A stretch of 64,000 bases of DNA from Escherichia phage vB_EcoM_ESCO47. This document shows positions 8,487 through 16,483 of this stretch, one piece after another. The stretch lies in the sequence record OM386662.1. The stretch is one strand, 5' to 3'. A program made the position numbers and the translations under genes. How positions within the stretch are numbered: position 1 is the stretch's first letter; every line of letters begins with the position of its first letter. The notes beneath the pieces are model-generated. The model saw only the letters and a list, made by a program, of their open reading frames with translations, was not told the DNA's origin and ran no database searches.

Positions 8487-8780
8487 ATGAAAAAGTTATC
8501 ATTGGCAGCAATCTTACTTGCAGTATCATGCGCACCGGCTCCAGTTACGGCAGGTTATGATAAAGACCTCTGTGAGTGGTCAATGACTGCAAATCAAGAA
8601 GATGTTGAACAACAAATCTTCTCTGATATCATGAACATCACTAAACGAGACCGTCCTAATATGGTTAATAAAGTTGTTGAACAACTTAAGTCTGGCGGTA
8701 TCATGCAGTACAATTATGTTTTGTATTGTGACCCTAATTTTGATAACAAAGATATCGTAACCGAAATCACAGGTGAATAA
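8487..8780 (+). CDS. sp: spackle-like periplasmic protein (superinfection exclusion)
   Basis: 97 aa with signal peptide; GYDKDLCEWSMTA...QYNYVLYCD resembles T4 Sp as I recall it; adjacent to imm-like gene. Confidence 0.6.
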   Translation: MKKLSLAAILLAVSCAPAPVTAGYDKDLCEWSMTANQEDVEQQIFSDIMNITKRDRPNMVNKVVEQLKSGGIMQYNYVLYCDPNFDNKDIVTEITGE

Positions 8781-8781
8781 T

Positions 8782-9432
8782 ATGATTTATTATATGCACA
8801 AAAATGCGCCATTTAAATATGGTAAATTTCCTAATGCACAATGTTATAATATAACGCCGAATGAAAATAATAACGGATATCATCTCGGTGTAATTTTTGT
8901 AATTGTTAAAGATAACGAAATCGTCGCCTGGGCGGATTTTAAAGGTACAACATATGATGTTAATCCTGTGCCTTTCACATATTACAATATAACGGATTTG
9001 GCATATGATTATAATTGGTTTAATCATGACACGTTGGCTCATATTGAAGGTGTAGGATTTGACATCTCTTATTCTAGCTATTCATTATGTCCTATGAGCC
9101 GAGCTCACGGTAAAGATGCATCATATCTTTCAATTCGTAAACGTGTAAACTTCAAACGTAGTACAGATTATGTTGGTGGTCTCTTTGTTAAAGATAATAA
9201 AATAACCCGTATTAGTTATCCTTTAAGTGTAGGTCAAAAAGATGTTGATGTTGATTTAGACTTAACTGAAAATAACATTAATCGTATTGCTTCTGTATAT
9301 TTTGATATCGATGAAAAAATTGTAGTGTGTGGATACGAATTACCACCTGAAGAAAAGGCTGAAGCAATTGAAGTCGAATTAGAAATTTCTGTTGATGACC
9401 AAATATTTAATGCATTTATGAATCGAGGTTAA
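8782..9432 (+). CDS. hypothetical protein (216 aa)
   Basis: Listed ORF begins at GTG 8773; first ATG at 8782 follows GGTGA; no motif recognised. Confidence 0.5.
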   Translation: MIYYMHKNAPFKYGKFPNAQCYNITPNENNNGYHLGVIFVIVKDNEIVAWADFKGTTYDVNPVPFTYYNITDLAYDYNWFNHDTLAHIEGVGFDISYSSYSLCPMSRAHGKDASYLSIRKRVNFKRSTDYVGGLFVKDNKITRISYPLSVGQKDVDVDLDLTENNINRIASVYFDIDEKIVVCGYELPPEEKAEAIEVELEISVDDQIFNAFMNRG

Positions 9433-9433
9433 A

Positions 9434-9631
9434 ATGGCTACTGCAATTTGCACTGGTTCTAAAATTAGTGTTTTTACAAGTTTTGAAGATTATGAAGTTG
9501 TTTCAAAACACCAATGCCATATTAGCGTAAAAGCTAATGACGGTGTAATTTGGAATATTCCACAGTATGAAGGCACTACATATGAAGTCACAGATATAAA
9601 TGGTGACAAAGCAATCTTTGTAATTGATTAA
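9434..9631 (+). CDS. hypothetical protein (65 aa)
   Basis: Tightly packed after upstream ORF; no motif recognised. Confidence 0.4.
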   Translation: MATAICTGSKISVFTSFEDYEVVSKHQCHISVKANDGVIWNIPQYEGTTYEVTDINGDKAIFVID

Positions 9632-9650
9632 ATATACTCAGGAGGTACCT

Positions 9651-10118
9651 ATGGGTATTATTAACACCGCAATAGATTCTGTTTACGCATATAAGTTTAT
9701 TCGACTAATGCAAAAACCTTTTACCGAATGGAAAGCATACGAAGCCAAAATTATCGATGAACGTGGAAGTGTTCTTAAACGTCCTTCTACTCCCGAAGAA
9801 AAAGCGGCGTATACACCTTTTCATGCTTCAGTTCGTTCAATGAAGCGAATGATGAGCACTGTTCCGGGTCTTAATGGAATGGCCTCAATGATGTCTGCCT
9901 GGAGTGCTGTAGCTTCACGCTATAACATTACGGAAGAACAACAGAAAGAAATATTTAAAGAACTCCCTTTATTTGAGGATATGGTTGCTGGTGATTCAGG
10001 CGGCAGTCCTCAAGCTATTGCATCAGGAACAACTACAGGTGCAGTCGTAAATAAAGGTCCAGACCAAATTCCTTCCAAGAAAAGAAAGCGAATTAAAGTA
10101 AATATTAATAAGTTGTGA
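9651..10118 (+). CDS. hypothetical protein (155 aa)
   Basis: ATG at 9651 preceded by AGGAGG; listed ORF start 9624 is upstream in frame. Confidence 0.5.
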   Translation: MGIINTAIDSVYAYKFIRLMQKPFTEWKAYEAKIIDERGSVLKRPSTPEEKAAYTPFHASVRSMKRMMSTVPGLNGMASMMSAWSAVASRYNITEEQQKEIFKELPLFEDMVAGDSGGSPQAIASGTTTGAVVNKGPDQIPSKKRKRIKVNINKL

Positions 10119-10157
10119 TAAGATGGCCTTATTAATTTAAGGCCTCTGGAGAATACT

Positions 10158-11180
10158 ATGGCTGAATGGATAGATAATGAATTTGCTTATCGTGCGTTTT
10201 CTCACCTACCTCGTTTTAGACAAATCAATAATTCAAGCACATTTAAATTAACATTTCGTTGTCCAGTTTGTGGCGACTCCCAGACAGATGCAATGAAAGC
10301 CCGCGGTTGGTATTATGGCGGTACTCCTGGCAATGTACATTGTTATAACTGTCAATATCATAATACAATTTCTGGATACTTAAAAGAGTATGATGAAGAG
10401 CTTTATCGCGAATATCTAATGGAAGTTCGTAAAGAAAAAGCTAGAATGGAACCAAAGATTGAAAAGTTTCCTGAAGCTAAGCCGGAACCAGAGAAAAAGA
10501 CTATAAATTCTTTGCCGTCTTGTTCTCGTCTGGACAAGTTGCCTGAAGAGCATCCTATTGTGAAATATGTTAAGTCTCGATGCATTCCTAAAGAATCATG
10601 GAATAGACTATGGTTCACATTAGAATGGCCTAAATTGGTCAACAAGATTCAACCAGGGACATACAAGAAAGAGATTCCTGAACCACGTTTAGTGATTCCT
10701 ATTTTTAATAAAGATGGGAAGGCCGAGTCATTCCAAGGACGTGCACTTCGTAAAGATGCTCCTCAGAAATATATCACTATTAAAGCGTTTGAGACGGCAA
10801 CGAAAATATACGGTGTTGAACGTGTTAAGGAAGGAGATGTCTGGGTAATGGAAGGTCCTATTGATAGTTTATTCATACCCAATTCAATAGCTATTACAGG
10901 CGGCTCGATAGATTTAGATATGGTACCATTTAAAGAACGTCGGGTATGGGTAATGGATAATGAACCTAGGCATCCGGATACTATAGCTCGTATGAAACGT
11001 TTGGTAGATGCAGGCGAACGTGTCATGTTCTGGGATAAAGCTCCATGGAGATCAAAGGATGTGAATGATATGGTAATGAAAGAAAATGCAACACCAAATG
11101 AAATCCTTGAATATATGAAACAGAATATTTCAAGTGGGTTGCATGCTAAAATGAGATTATCTAAATATTCTAAAATTTAG
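10158..11180 (+). CDS. 61: DNA primase gp61
   Basis: 340 aa; zinc-ribbon CPVCGDS...CYNC and near-colinear match to T4 gp61 as I recall it. Confidence 0.95.
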   Translation: MAEWIDNEFAYRAFSHLPRFRQINNSSTFKLTFRCPVCGDSQTDAMKARGWYYGGTPGNVHCYNCQYHNTISGYLKEYDEELYREYLMEVRKEKARMEPKIEKFPEAKPEPEKKTINSLPSCSRLDKLPEEHPIVKYVKSRCIPKESWNRLWFTLEWPKLVNKIQPGTYKKEIPEPRLVIPIFNKDGKAESFQGRALRKDAPQKYITIKAFETATKIYGVERVKEGDVWVMEGPIDSLFIPNSIAITGGSIDLDMVPFKERRVWVMDNEPRHPDTIARMKRLVDAGERVMFWDKAPWRSKDVNDMVMKENATPNEILEYMKQNISSGLHAKMRLSKYSKI

Positions 11181-11374
11181 ACCAATCCTACTAGTGCAAA
11201 AGCAATATCAACTACTGTGTCAAGAGGCACAGAAGGAACGATAATACCGTTAGCAACTAGCAATGGAGCAATACCGAAATTCCAAGAAATGATTCCACCA
11301 ATAACAACAGCGGCTAAAATCGTTTTCTTTTTATGTCCTTTGATAGCGGCGATTAACAACGGTAACTTAAGCAT
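11177..11374 (-). CDS. small membrane protein (65 aa), antisense to the early-gene flow
   Basis: Hydrophobic; GGAG 9 nt upstream of ATG; paralogous to the adjacent minus-strand ORF. Confidence 0.5.
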   Translation of the reverse strand: MLKLPLLIAAIKGHKKKTILAAVVIGGIISWNFGIAPLLVANGIIVPSVPLDTVVDIAFALVGLV

Positions 11375-11570
11375 GCAAATTAACTCCGATTGCTTTGATT
11401 ATTGAAAGTATATGCTGTAACTCCACTTGTGGTAATATAATAGCTTGAGTTGCGGCCAATGGAACTATTACTAGATTCCATACTAAAACGTCCACAGCAA
11501 GAAAAAAGAATATCAACTTACGTGATTCTTTATTTGTTAACTTCCAGATTTGATAGAACACAGTTCCCAT
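11367..11570 (-). CDS. small membrane protein (67 aa), antisense to the early-gene flow
   Basis: AGGAGG 4 nt upstream of ATG; overlaps downstream ORF by 8 nt; shared WN(F/L)xI(A/V)PL core with its neighbour. Confidence 0.5.
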   Translation of the reverse strand: MGTVFYQIWKLTNKESRKLIFFFLAVDVLVWNLVIVPLAATQAIILPQVELQHILSIIKAIGVNLHA

Positions 11571-11598
11571 AAATCCTCCTACGTTATAGGTTTATTTA

Positions 11599-11623
11599 TG
11601 CTTTTTATCAGGTTTGGTATAAT
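11599..11623 (+). promoter_or_regulatory. candidate middle promoter upstream of gene 56
   Basis: TGCTTT 11599-11604 followed 13 bp later by -10 TATAAT 11618-11623. Confidence 0.4.
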
Positions 11624-11658
11624 TAACATCTCTTAAACATGAATTGAAAGGAAATAAA

Positions 11659-12180
11659 ATGGCGCACTTTAACGAATGTTCACAACTGATTGCTGGTGTT
11701 GATAAAGCTGAAGAAGCTTATTTTAATGCTCTTATTCACGAAGATAAAGACCCGTTGCAGGTAATGCTTGATATGCAGAAATCTTTACAGGTTCGTCTGG
11801 CAAATGACAAGCCTGAACATAACAAACATCCTGATGAATTGGCCACTGCTGGTGAAGTCGTTGATTGGCTACGCAATCAGAAAGATTATATTGACGATGA
11901 ATTCCGTGAACTTCTGACTTCTCTTGGTGGTATGAGCAATGGTGAAAAAGCCGCCAGCAGTGTATGGAAGCCGTGGAAGGCGCAACATGCTGAATATCGA
12001 AATCGTCGTATCGATGAACTGTCTCCTGAAGACCAGCTTGAAATCAAATTTGAAATGATTGATATTCTCCATTTCGTTCTGAATATGTTCCAAGGTCTTG
12101 GTCTTACTGCTGAAGAAATCTTTAAATTGTACTACCTGAAGAACAAACATAATTTTGAACGCCAGGATAATGGATATTAA
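11659..12180 (+). CDS. 56: dCTP pyrophosphatase gp56 (dCTPase/dUTPase-like)
   Basis: MAHFNEC...DPLQVMLDMQ...YYLKNK...RQDNGY matches T4 gp56 as I recall it; listed ORF starts at TTG 11644, ATG at 11659. Confidence 0.9.
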   Translation: MAHFNECSQLIAGVDKAEEAYFNALIHEDKDPLQVMLDMQKSLQVRLANDKPEHNKHPDELATAGEVVDWLRNQKDYIDDEFRELLTSLGGMSNGEKAASSVWKPWKAQHAEYRNRRIDELSPEDQLEIKFEMIDILHFVLNMFQGLGLTAEEIFKLYYLKNKHNFERQDNGY

Positions 12181-12182
12181 GA

Positions 12183-12190
12183 TATAAATA
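12183..12190 (+). promoter_or_regulatory. late promoter (TATAAATA) for soc
   Basis: Exact TATAAATA 29 nt upstream of the soc ATG. Confidence 0.7.
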
Positions 12191-12218
12191 CACCTGTAAT
12201 TAACTAAAGGAGTAAATT

Positions 12219-12470
12219 ATGGGTGGATATGTAAATATCAAAACGTTCGACCATGAAGTAGCAGGTGGTACAGTAGAAGGTACCGAGGTTTCTGTTGCAT
12301 TTGAAGTTTATTCTAATGCTCATCGAATCTCAGGTGCGCACTATCAGACTTTCCCGTCTGAAGAACCAGCCTATGATACTGTGGTTGACACCGCAGATGA
12401 TTGGGCAACAGCAAATGAAGCTATGTTTACCCCAGAACCTGCACCGGTTCCTCCAGGACCCGGTGCATAA
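12219..12470 (+). CDS. soc: small outer capsid protein Soc
   Basis: 83 aa; GYVNIKTF...VSVAF..Y...H.ISGAHYQTFPSE matches T4 Soc as I recall it; TATAAATA late promoter upstream. Confidence 0.85.
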   Translation: MGGYVNIKTFDHEVAGGTVEGTEVSVAFEVYSNAHRISGAHYQTFPSEEPAYDTVVDTADDWATANEAMFTPEPAPVPPGPGA

Positions 12471-12480
12471 GTTAATTATA

Positions 12481-12506
12481 AGGAATCCTTCGGGATTCCT
12501 TTTTTC
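12481..12506 (+). terminator. rho-independent terminator after soc
   Basis: AGGAATCC-TTCG-GGATTCCT then TTTTT. Confidence 0.7.
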
Positions 12507-12515
12507 GTTTCTACA

Positions 12516-12545
12516 GTTTACATCCTTGTAAAACAGTGTTATAGT
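12516..12545 (+). promoter_or_regulatory. early promoter-like element
   Basis: -35 GTTTAC 12516-12521, -10 TATAGT 12540-12545, then AGTCCTATCAA; ATG at 12574. Confidence 0.5.
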
Positions 12546-12573
12546 AGTCCTATCAAAACAAGAGGAGAACACT

Positions 12574-12789
12574 ATGTTAAATCGTTGGATTAAACCTAAT
12601 CAAACCTTAGATGAAGTTATTGCTCGTCAGGTTATACAGAAATATGATCTTCAACTATGGTATGCTGAAGTTGTTGTGCATTCATTCATGATGCATGCTG
12701 ATGGCTCAGTCGAATTTAATGCAGAAATCCGTAATGATTTTGAAGATGAAGGCCTGCCTAAAGTTGCATTTGTAAGAGGGTTCTTATAA
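12574..12789 (+). CDS. hypothetical protein (71 aa)
   Basis: Early promoter element and RBS upstream; no motif recognised. Confidence 0.45.
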   Translation: MLNRWIKPNQTLDEVIARQVIQKYDLQLWYAEVVVHSFMMHADGSVEFNAEIRNDFEDEGLPKVAFVRGFL

Positions 12790-13130
12790 TGTTTAAGTGG
12801 TTTAAAGAATTGTTTGCTTCCACCCCAGGACAAGGAATGGTTCCTATTGATACCCATGCACCTAAAAAAGAGTATATCTACGCGGGTGATGGTATGATGG
12901 AAGAAGTGGTTTGTCCGGCTGAAAAAGCAGATAATGTTGGACAGGTGGCATCTAGTTTAAACGCGTCAGAGTTAAAGTCTCAATTAGAAAAATTAAAAGA
13001 AGAACGTTCTCAAAGGCAAACATACATAGACGCTGCGGCAATAACGACAGTAGCTTCTGTAAGCTCATGGTCTGGGGATTCCTGTTCAAGTTCTTCTGAT
13101 TGTAGTTCAAGCTCTGGGAGCTGCGACTAA
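12789..13130 (+). CDS. hypothetical protein with Ser/Cys-rich C-terminal tail
   Basis: 113 aa; C-terminus SWSGDSCSSSSDCSSSSGSCD. Confidence 0.45.
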   Translation: MFKWFKELFASTPGQGMVPIDTHAPKKEYIYAGDGMMEEVVCPAEKADNVGQVASSLNASELKSQLEKLKEERSQRQTYIDAAAITTVASVSSWSGDSCSSSSDCSSSSGSCD

Positions 13131-13309
13131 TGAATAAAATTGTCAAGTGGTTTAAAAGTTGGAACGATGGTATTGAGCATAAAGACTGGCTTGATGTTCT
13201 TGATGAGAATTTATCTAAAGAGATTCAAGAACACGAAAAGAAGCAAGTTGAAGCCGAAGGTATCCGTCTTGTGAAACTTTATATGGGCGAACCTAGGAGA
13301 ACATTATGA
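13130..13309 (+). CDS. hypothetical small protein (59 aa)
   Basis: TAATG stop/start overlap with upstream ORF; below the ORF-track length cutoff. Confidence 0.3.
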   Translation: MNKIVKWFKSWNDGIEHKDWLDVLDENLSKEIQEHEKKQVEAEGIRLVKLYMGEPRRTL

Positions 13310-13455
13310 CGTGTACCAAAGAAGCTGAAGCCAGAGCAAAGGAAGCTTTAGATTTGCTTCTCAAAATCGGTAGTAAAATGATGGAAGAGAACGAAAAATA
13401 CATCCAAGAAAATAAAACTCCGGATGGTCCATTAGTTGGTAAGAGGAAATCATAA
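13306..13455 (+). CDS. hypothetical small protein (49 aa)
   Basis: ATGA overlap with upstream ORF and ends exactly at the next ATG; below the ORF-track cutoff. Confidence 0.3.
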   Translation: MTCTKEAEARAKEALDLLLKIGSKMMEENEKYIQENKTPDGPLVGKRKS

Positions 13456-13853
13456 TGAAAGCTAATTTATACCACATACATATCGACGGTCAAAAATTCC
13501 CTATTGAAGTATTGATCCCTAGTGAGTGGTCAGCGTATAACACTGAAATGTACCGGCGCATTGAAGAACAGTTTTTAACGAGTATTTCTCCTAAAGGTTA
13601 CGAAGTAGAAATCCGACTGGCCGGTGAATTCCACTATGACCCATCTTCGCCATTTGACGTAAGTGAAATCATCATTAATAAAGGATTCGTTAGTCCTGGC
13701 AATAGTTCGTCTCTTTATGGTTACATAAACGATATCATTATCTGCGGAAATAAATTCAGTATATTCCATGAAGAAGACTTGAGAGAGTTCAAAAAGTTGG
13801 TATGGAACTACTTCGGTGAAACCGGGTTTAATTTTATTAAGGCGCCTAAATGA
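13455..13853 (+). CDS. hypothetical protein (132 aa), paralog of next gene
   Basis: Shares SSPFDVSEIIINKGFVSPGN-type block with the downstream ORF. Confidence 0.5.
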   Translation: MKANLYHIHIDGQKFPIEVLIPSEWSAYNTEMYRRIEEQFLTSISPKGYEVEIRLAGEFHYDPSSPFDVSEIIINKGFVSPGNSSSLYGYINDIIICGNKFSIFHEEDLREFKKLVWNYFGETGFNFIKAPK

Positions 13854-14332
13854 TGGCTAAAATACTCGAATTAGAATTTTATATTCGTGATAACCGTGGC
13901 CAAACTCGTCCTTATGATGACACAGTTTGCGTTATCTTAGTACCATCTGACACTAGTAACAGTTCATCTGAAAGCCTCGAAAAGGCTATTAATAGTATGG
14001 CTCTTCCTGAAAACGTTATGCTTAAAATAAAGCATAATAAAAATGTTGAGATGCAACCAGGTAGCCCATTTACAGTAGTAGAAGCATTGCTGATTAAAGG
14101 TTATAGTTATCCTAACAACAGATCAGAAGGCGAGAACTCTAAAGAAATTTTCTTTACAACTCCTGATAAAGACTGTCTCGAAGGACGAAGCTATCTTGTA
14201 GGAAGCACTTCTGACGTACTCGAAATCCAACGTCAGATCTGGACGCATTTTGATATCGGACTTCGCTTTACGTTAACAGAGTCAGCCCTTCTAGAACAAT
14301 CTCTTCGTCGACGCATGTACGGTGGTTTCTAA
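13850..14332 (+). CDS. hypothetical protein (160 aa), paralog of previous gene
   Basis: GSPFTVVEALLIKGYSYPNN block similar to the upstream ORF; ATGA overlap. Confidence 0.5.
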   Translation: MMAKILELEFYIRDNRGQTRPYDDTVCVILVPSDTSNSSSESLEKAINSMALPENVMLKIKHNKNVEMQPGSPFTVVEALLIKGYSYPNNRSEGENSKEIFFTTPDKDCLEGRSYLVGSTSDVLEIQRQIWTHFDIGLRFTLTESALLEQSLRRRMYGGF

Positions 14333-14511
14333 TGGATTTAATGAGCATGTTTGATGAGCCTGAAGTTGAGGCTCCTAAAGCACAACGTGGAGAACTCGTT
14401 GACGAACTGGACATTATTATACAGCGTCACGGGTTTAATCTTCCTATAGAAGTCCTGAAAGACCTAGCGTCTTACTACGATGATCCACCTCCTTGGGCCC
14501 CTTGGTCATAA
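14332..14511 (+). CDS. hypothetical small acidic protein (59 aa)
   Basis: TAATG overlap with upstream ORF; below the ORF-track cutoff. Confidence 0.3.
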   Translation: MDLMSMFDEPEVEAPKAQRGELVDELDIIIQRHGFNLPIEVLKDLASYYDDPPPWAPWS

Positions 14512-14596
14512 CAGTTATCCCTCCTTAACGACGTGGTATCCAACTATCACGTCGCCTCTTAGAGTATACATCACTCACAATTTAGCCGAATTTTTA

Positions 14597-14626
14597 GTGT
14601 ACATCCTTAAAGAACAGTGTTACTAT
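14597..14626 (+). promoter_or_regulatory. early promoter-like element
   Basis: -35 GTGTAC 14597-14602, -10 TACTAT 14621-14626; ATG at 14655. Confidence 0.45.
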
Positions 14627-14654
14627 TCTCCTATCAACTTCAGGAGAAATCAAA

Positions 14655-15266
14655 ATGTTTTTACCTTATAATGAATGTGAAATTGAAGAAATGGTTCGCC
14701 GAGCACAAGACCCTGTGTTCCAAGAAGACCTGCAATACAAAATTGATGAAGTGTTCAGTGATTCTGAGCAGAGCACTCTTTGGCAGTGCATGGAAAATAA
14801 ACCGGATTGCATTCAACAAGAGTTGGATTCAATCATTCGTAAAAATTGGTCATCTTCTGTGCCAACGGTCCTTTATCGTGGAATTTCTAAGAAAACTCTA
14901 AAAATGTTAGATTCTGTAGGATGTGTAGGAGCTACTATCAAGTTTGACCGAGTAATGAGCTTTAGTTCAGTATTTGGTGTAGCACGTAATTTTGCTTCAC
15001 ACAATTTTTATGGAACTAAACAAATATTCTGTGTTAAGAATGCTCCATTCGCTTTTAACTTCAGAGAAACAATGCTTGACATGATTTTGGCTGCGCCATC
15101 TTGCGAGTTCAGCGGAGCTTTCCCTGAAGCGACTAGACGGTCTAATGTTCGTTTAGTATCTGATGAGTGTGAATTTATGTTCCCGATCGGGACTACACTA
15201 CGTGTAGATTCTGTTACTGAAGAAGGAACTTATCGGATATGGAATCTGTCTATTATCGGTTACTGA
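14655..15266 (+). CDS. ADP-ribosyltransferase (ModA/ModB-like)
   Basis: R-S-ExE triad: YRG, FSS and ECEF motifs in correct order; position matches the T4 modA/modB locus between 56 and dda. Confidence 0.7.
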   Translation: MFLPYNECEIEEMVRRAQDPVFQEDLQYKIDEVFSDSEQSTLWQCMENKPDCIQQELDSIIRKNWSSSVPTVLYRGISKKTLKMLDSVGCVGATIKFDRVMSFSSVFGVARNFASHNFYGTKQIFCVKNAPFAFNFRETMLDMILAAPSCEFSGAFPEATRRSNVRLVSDECEFMFPIGTTLRVDSVTEEGTYRIWNLSIIGY

Positions 15267-15417
15267 CCGGATTGGAATAACCGGAAGGAACTCAGAACCA
15301 TTATAATACATAAATTTTTAAAGCATTTTACGAAAAAGAGTGTACAATACCTGAGAACATGATACTACAGACTTATCAGCTAAATGCCCCAACGTCCGTA
15401 AGACGGAAGAAAATATT

Positions 15418-16170
15418 ATGAAATTATCAAACATCCAAATCAAGAAAATCGAACGTCGTTTAGATCACACCAGAGCTTCTGCAAAGAGGCGCTCTAAGGA
15501 TTTTAACTTAGACTTTAATTACCTTAAAAACATTCTTGATCAAAAGGTCTGCGCTTACTCAGGTGAAACCTTTGATAACAAGGTTGAAGGTGAGAAATTA
15601 TCCTTAGAACGTTTTAATAACGATATCGGTTACATTAAAGGTAACGTTATTCCTGTCAAGAAAAAATATAACGCAGCACGTTCAGATTTTACTTTAGCCG
15701 AACTCATCGAGAAACGTGAAATAATCGCTGGACGTATCGCTACTCCTAGCGCAAAGAAAGTTGAAAAGCTTAATCTCGATGAAAAGAAATGGGCTGAAAT
15801 CAAACACACTTATACACAAATTAAAAATATCCAAAACAAACGTAAGAGCCGTATCGATCATATTGAAAAAATGACTAAAGGTAAAAGCACCTTATCTAAA
15901 GAAGACCAATTAAAAGTTGTCGGATTAAAAGCCCGCATCGATGGTTCCAGAGTTGCCGAAGGACGTGAAGTAACAAAGTTAAATGTTCTTCTTAAAGGTT
16001 CTGATTGGAAAACTAAAACCAAGTTATCCGACGCAGAAACGCTTTTTGATACATATGATAAAGTTATCCAAGGATTACAACGTTTCGAAAAGATTGGTTT
16101 CATCGGTAAATTAAAATTGAAACGTGGTTTACCACTTAACACTTCTATCTTTAAATTGATTAAAGGTTGA
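15418..16170 (+). CDS. hypothetical protein (250 aa), Srd-like by position
   Basis: Lys-rich; lies between the mod-like gene and dda where T4 has srd; no diagnostic motif. Confidence 0.4.
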   Translation: MKLSNIQIKKIERRLDHTRASAKRRSKDFNLDFNYLKNILDQKVCAYSGETFDNKVEGEKLSLERFNNDIGYIKGNVIPVKKKYNAARSDFTLAELIEKREIIAGRIATPSAKKVEKLNLDEKKWAEIKHTYTQIKNIQNKRKSRIDHIEKMTKGKSTLSKEDQLKVVGLKARIDGSRVAEGREVTKLNVLLKGSDWKTKTKLSDAETLFDTYDKVIQGLQRFEKIGFIGKLKLKRGLPLNTSIFKLIKG

Positions 16171-16171
16171 T

Positions 16172-16483
16172 ATGATGTATTATGCTTATTCAATAGCTTA
16201 TCGGGATTTCGAAGGATTCGTCCAACCGGTTCAGCTAGACTCTGAAAAACCGGCAATATTTTTTAAAAAGGAAGTTGCTGACAAAGTTTTCGATTATATT
16301 AAAAAGGAATACAAACAGGCTTTACGCATGGGAAGAATGAAAATGGTGGTTACACCTCGTAAGTTTTGGTTTGATAAAGTCGAAATGAAACATATAAAAT
16401 TAGATGAGGAGACTGAAAAATTATACCGACGAATTCTTGAAACAGGACGAGTCATTCGTGTACAGGTGGCAGGATTATTATGA
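16172..16483 (+). CDS. hypothetical protein (103 aa), dda.1 position
   Basis: Immediately upstream of dda with overlap; assigned by position only. Confidence 0.45.
   Translation: MMYYAYSIAYRDFEGFVQPVQLDSEKPAIFFKKEVADKVFDYIKKEYKQALRMGRMKMVVTPRKFWFDKVEMKHIKLDEETEKLYRRILETGRVIRVQVAGLL

Noticed and set aside
11217-11405. Plus-strand 62-aa ORF overlapping the antisense membrane-protein genes
   Set aside because: Starts at GTG without an RBS, whereas the two minus-strand ORFs have strong RBSs and paralogous hydrophobic products
12295-12572. Overlapping ORFs of 78 aa (plus) and 80 aa (minus) across soc and its terminator
   Set aside because: They overlap soc and the terminator/promoter region; products are Cys/Arg-rich and implausible
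15418-16170. HNH homing endonuclease call for the 250-aa protein
   Set aside because: The segment CAYSGE...LERFNNDIGYIKGNVIPV only loosely resembles an HNH motif and lacks the His pair; left as hypothetical, Srd-like by position
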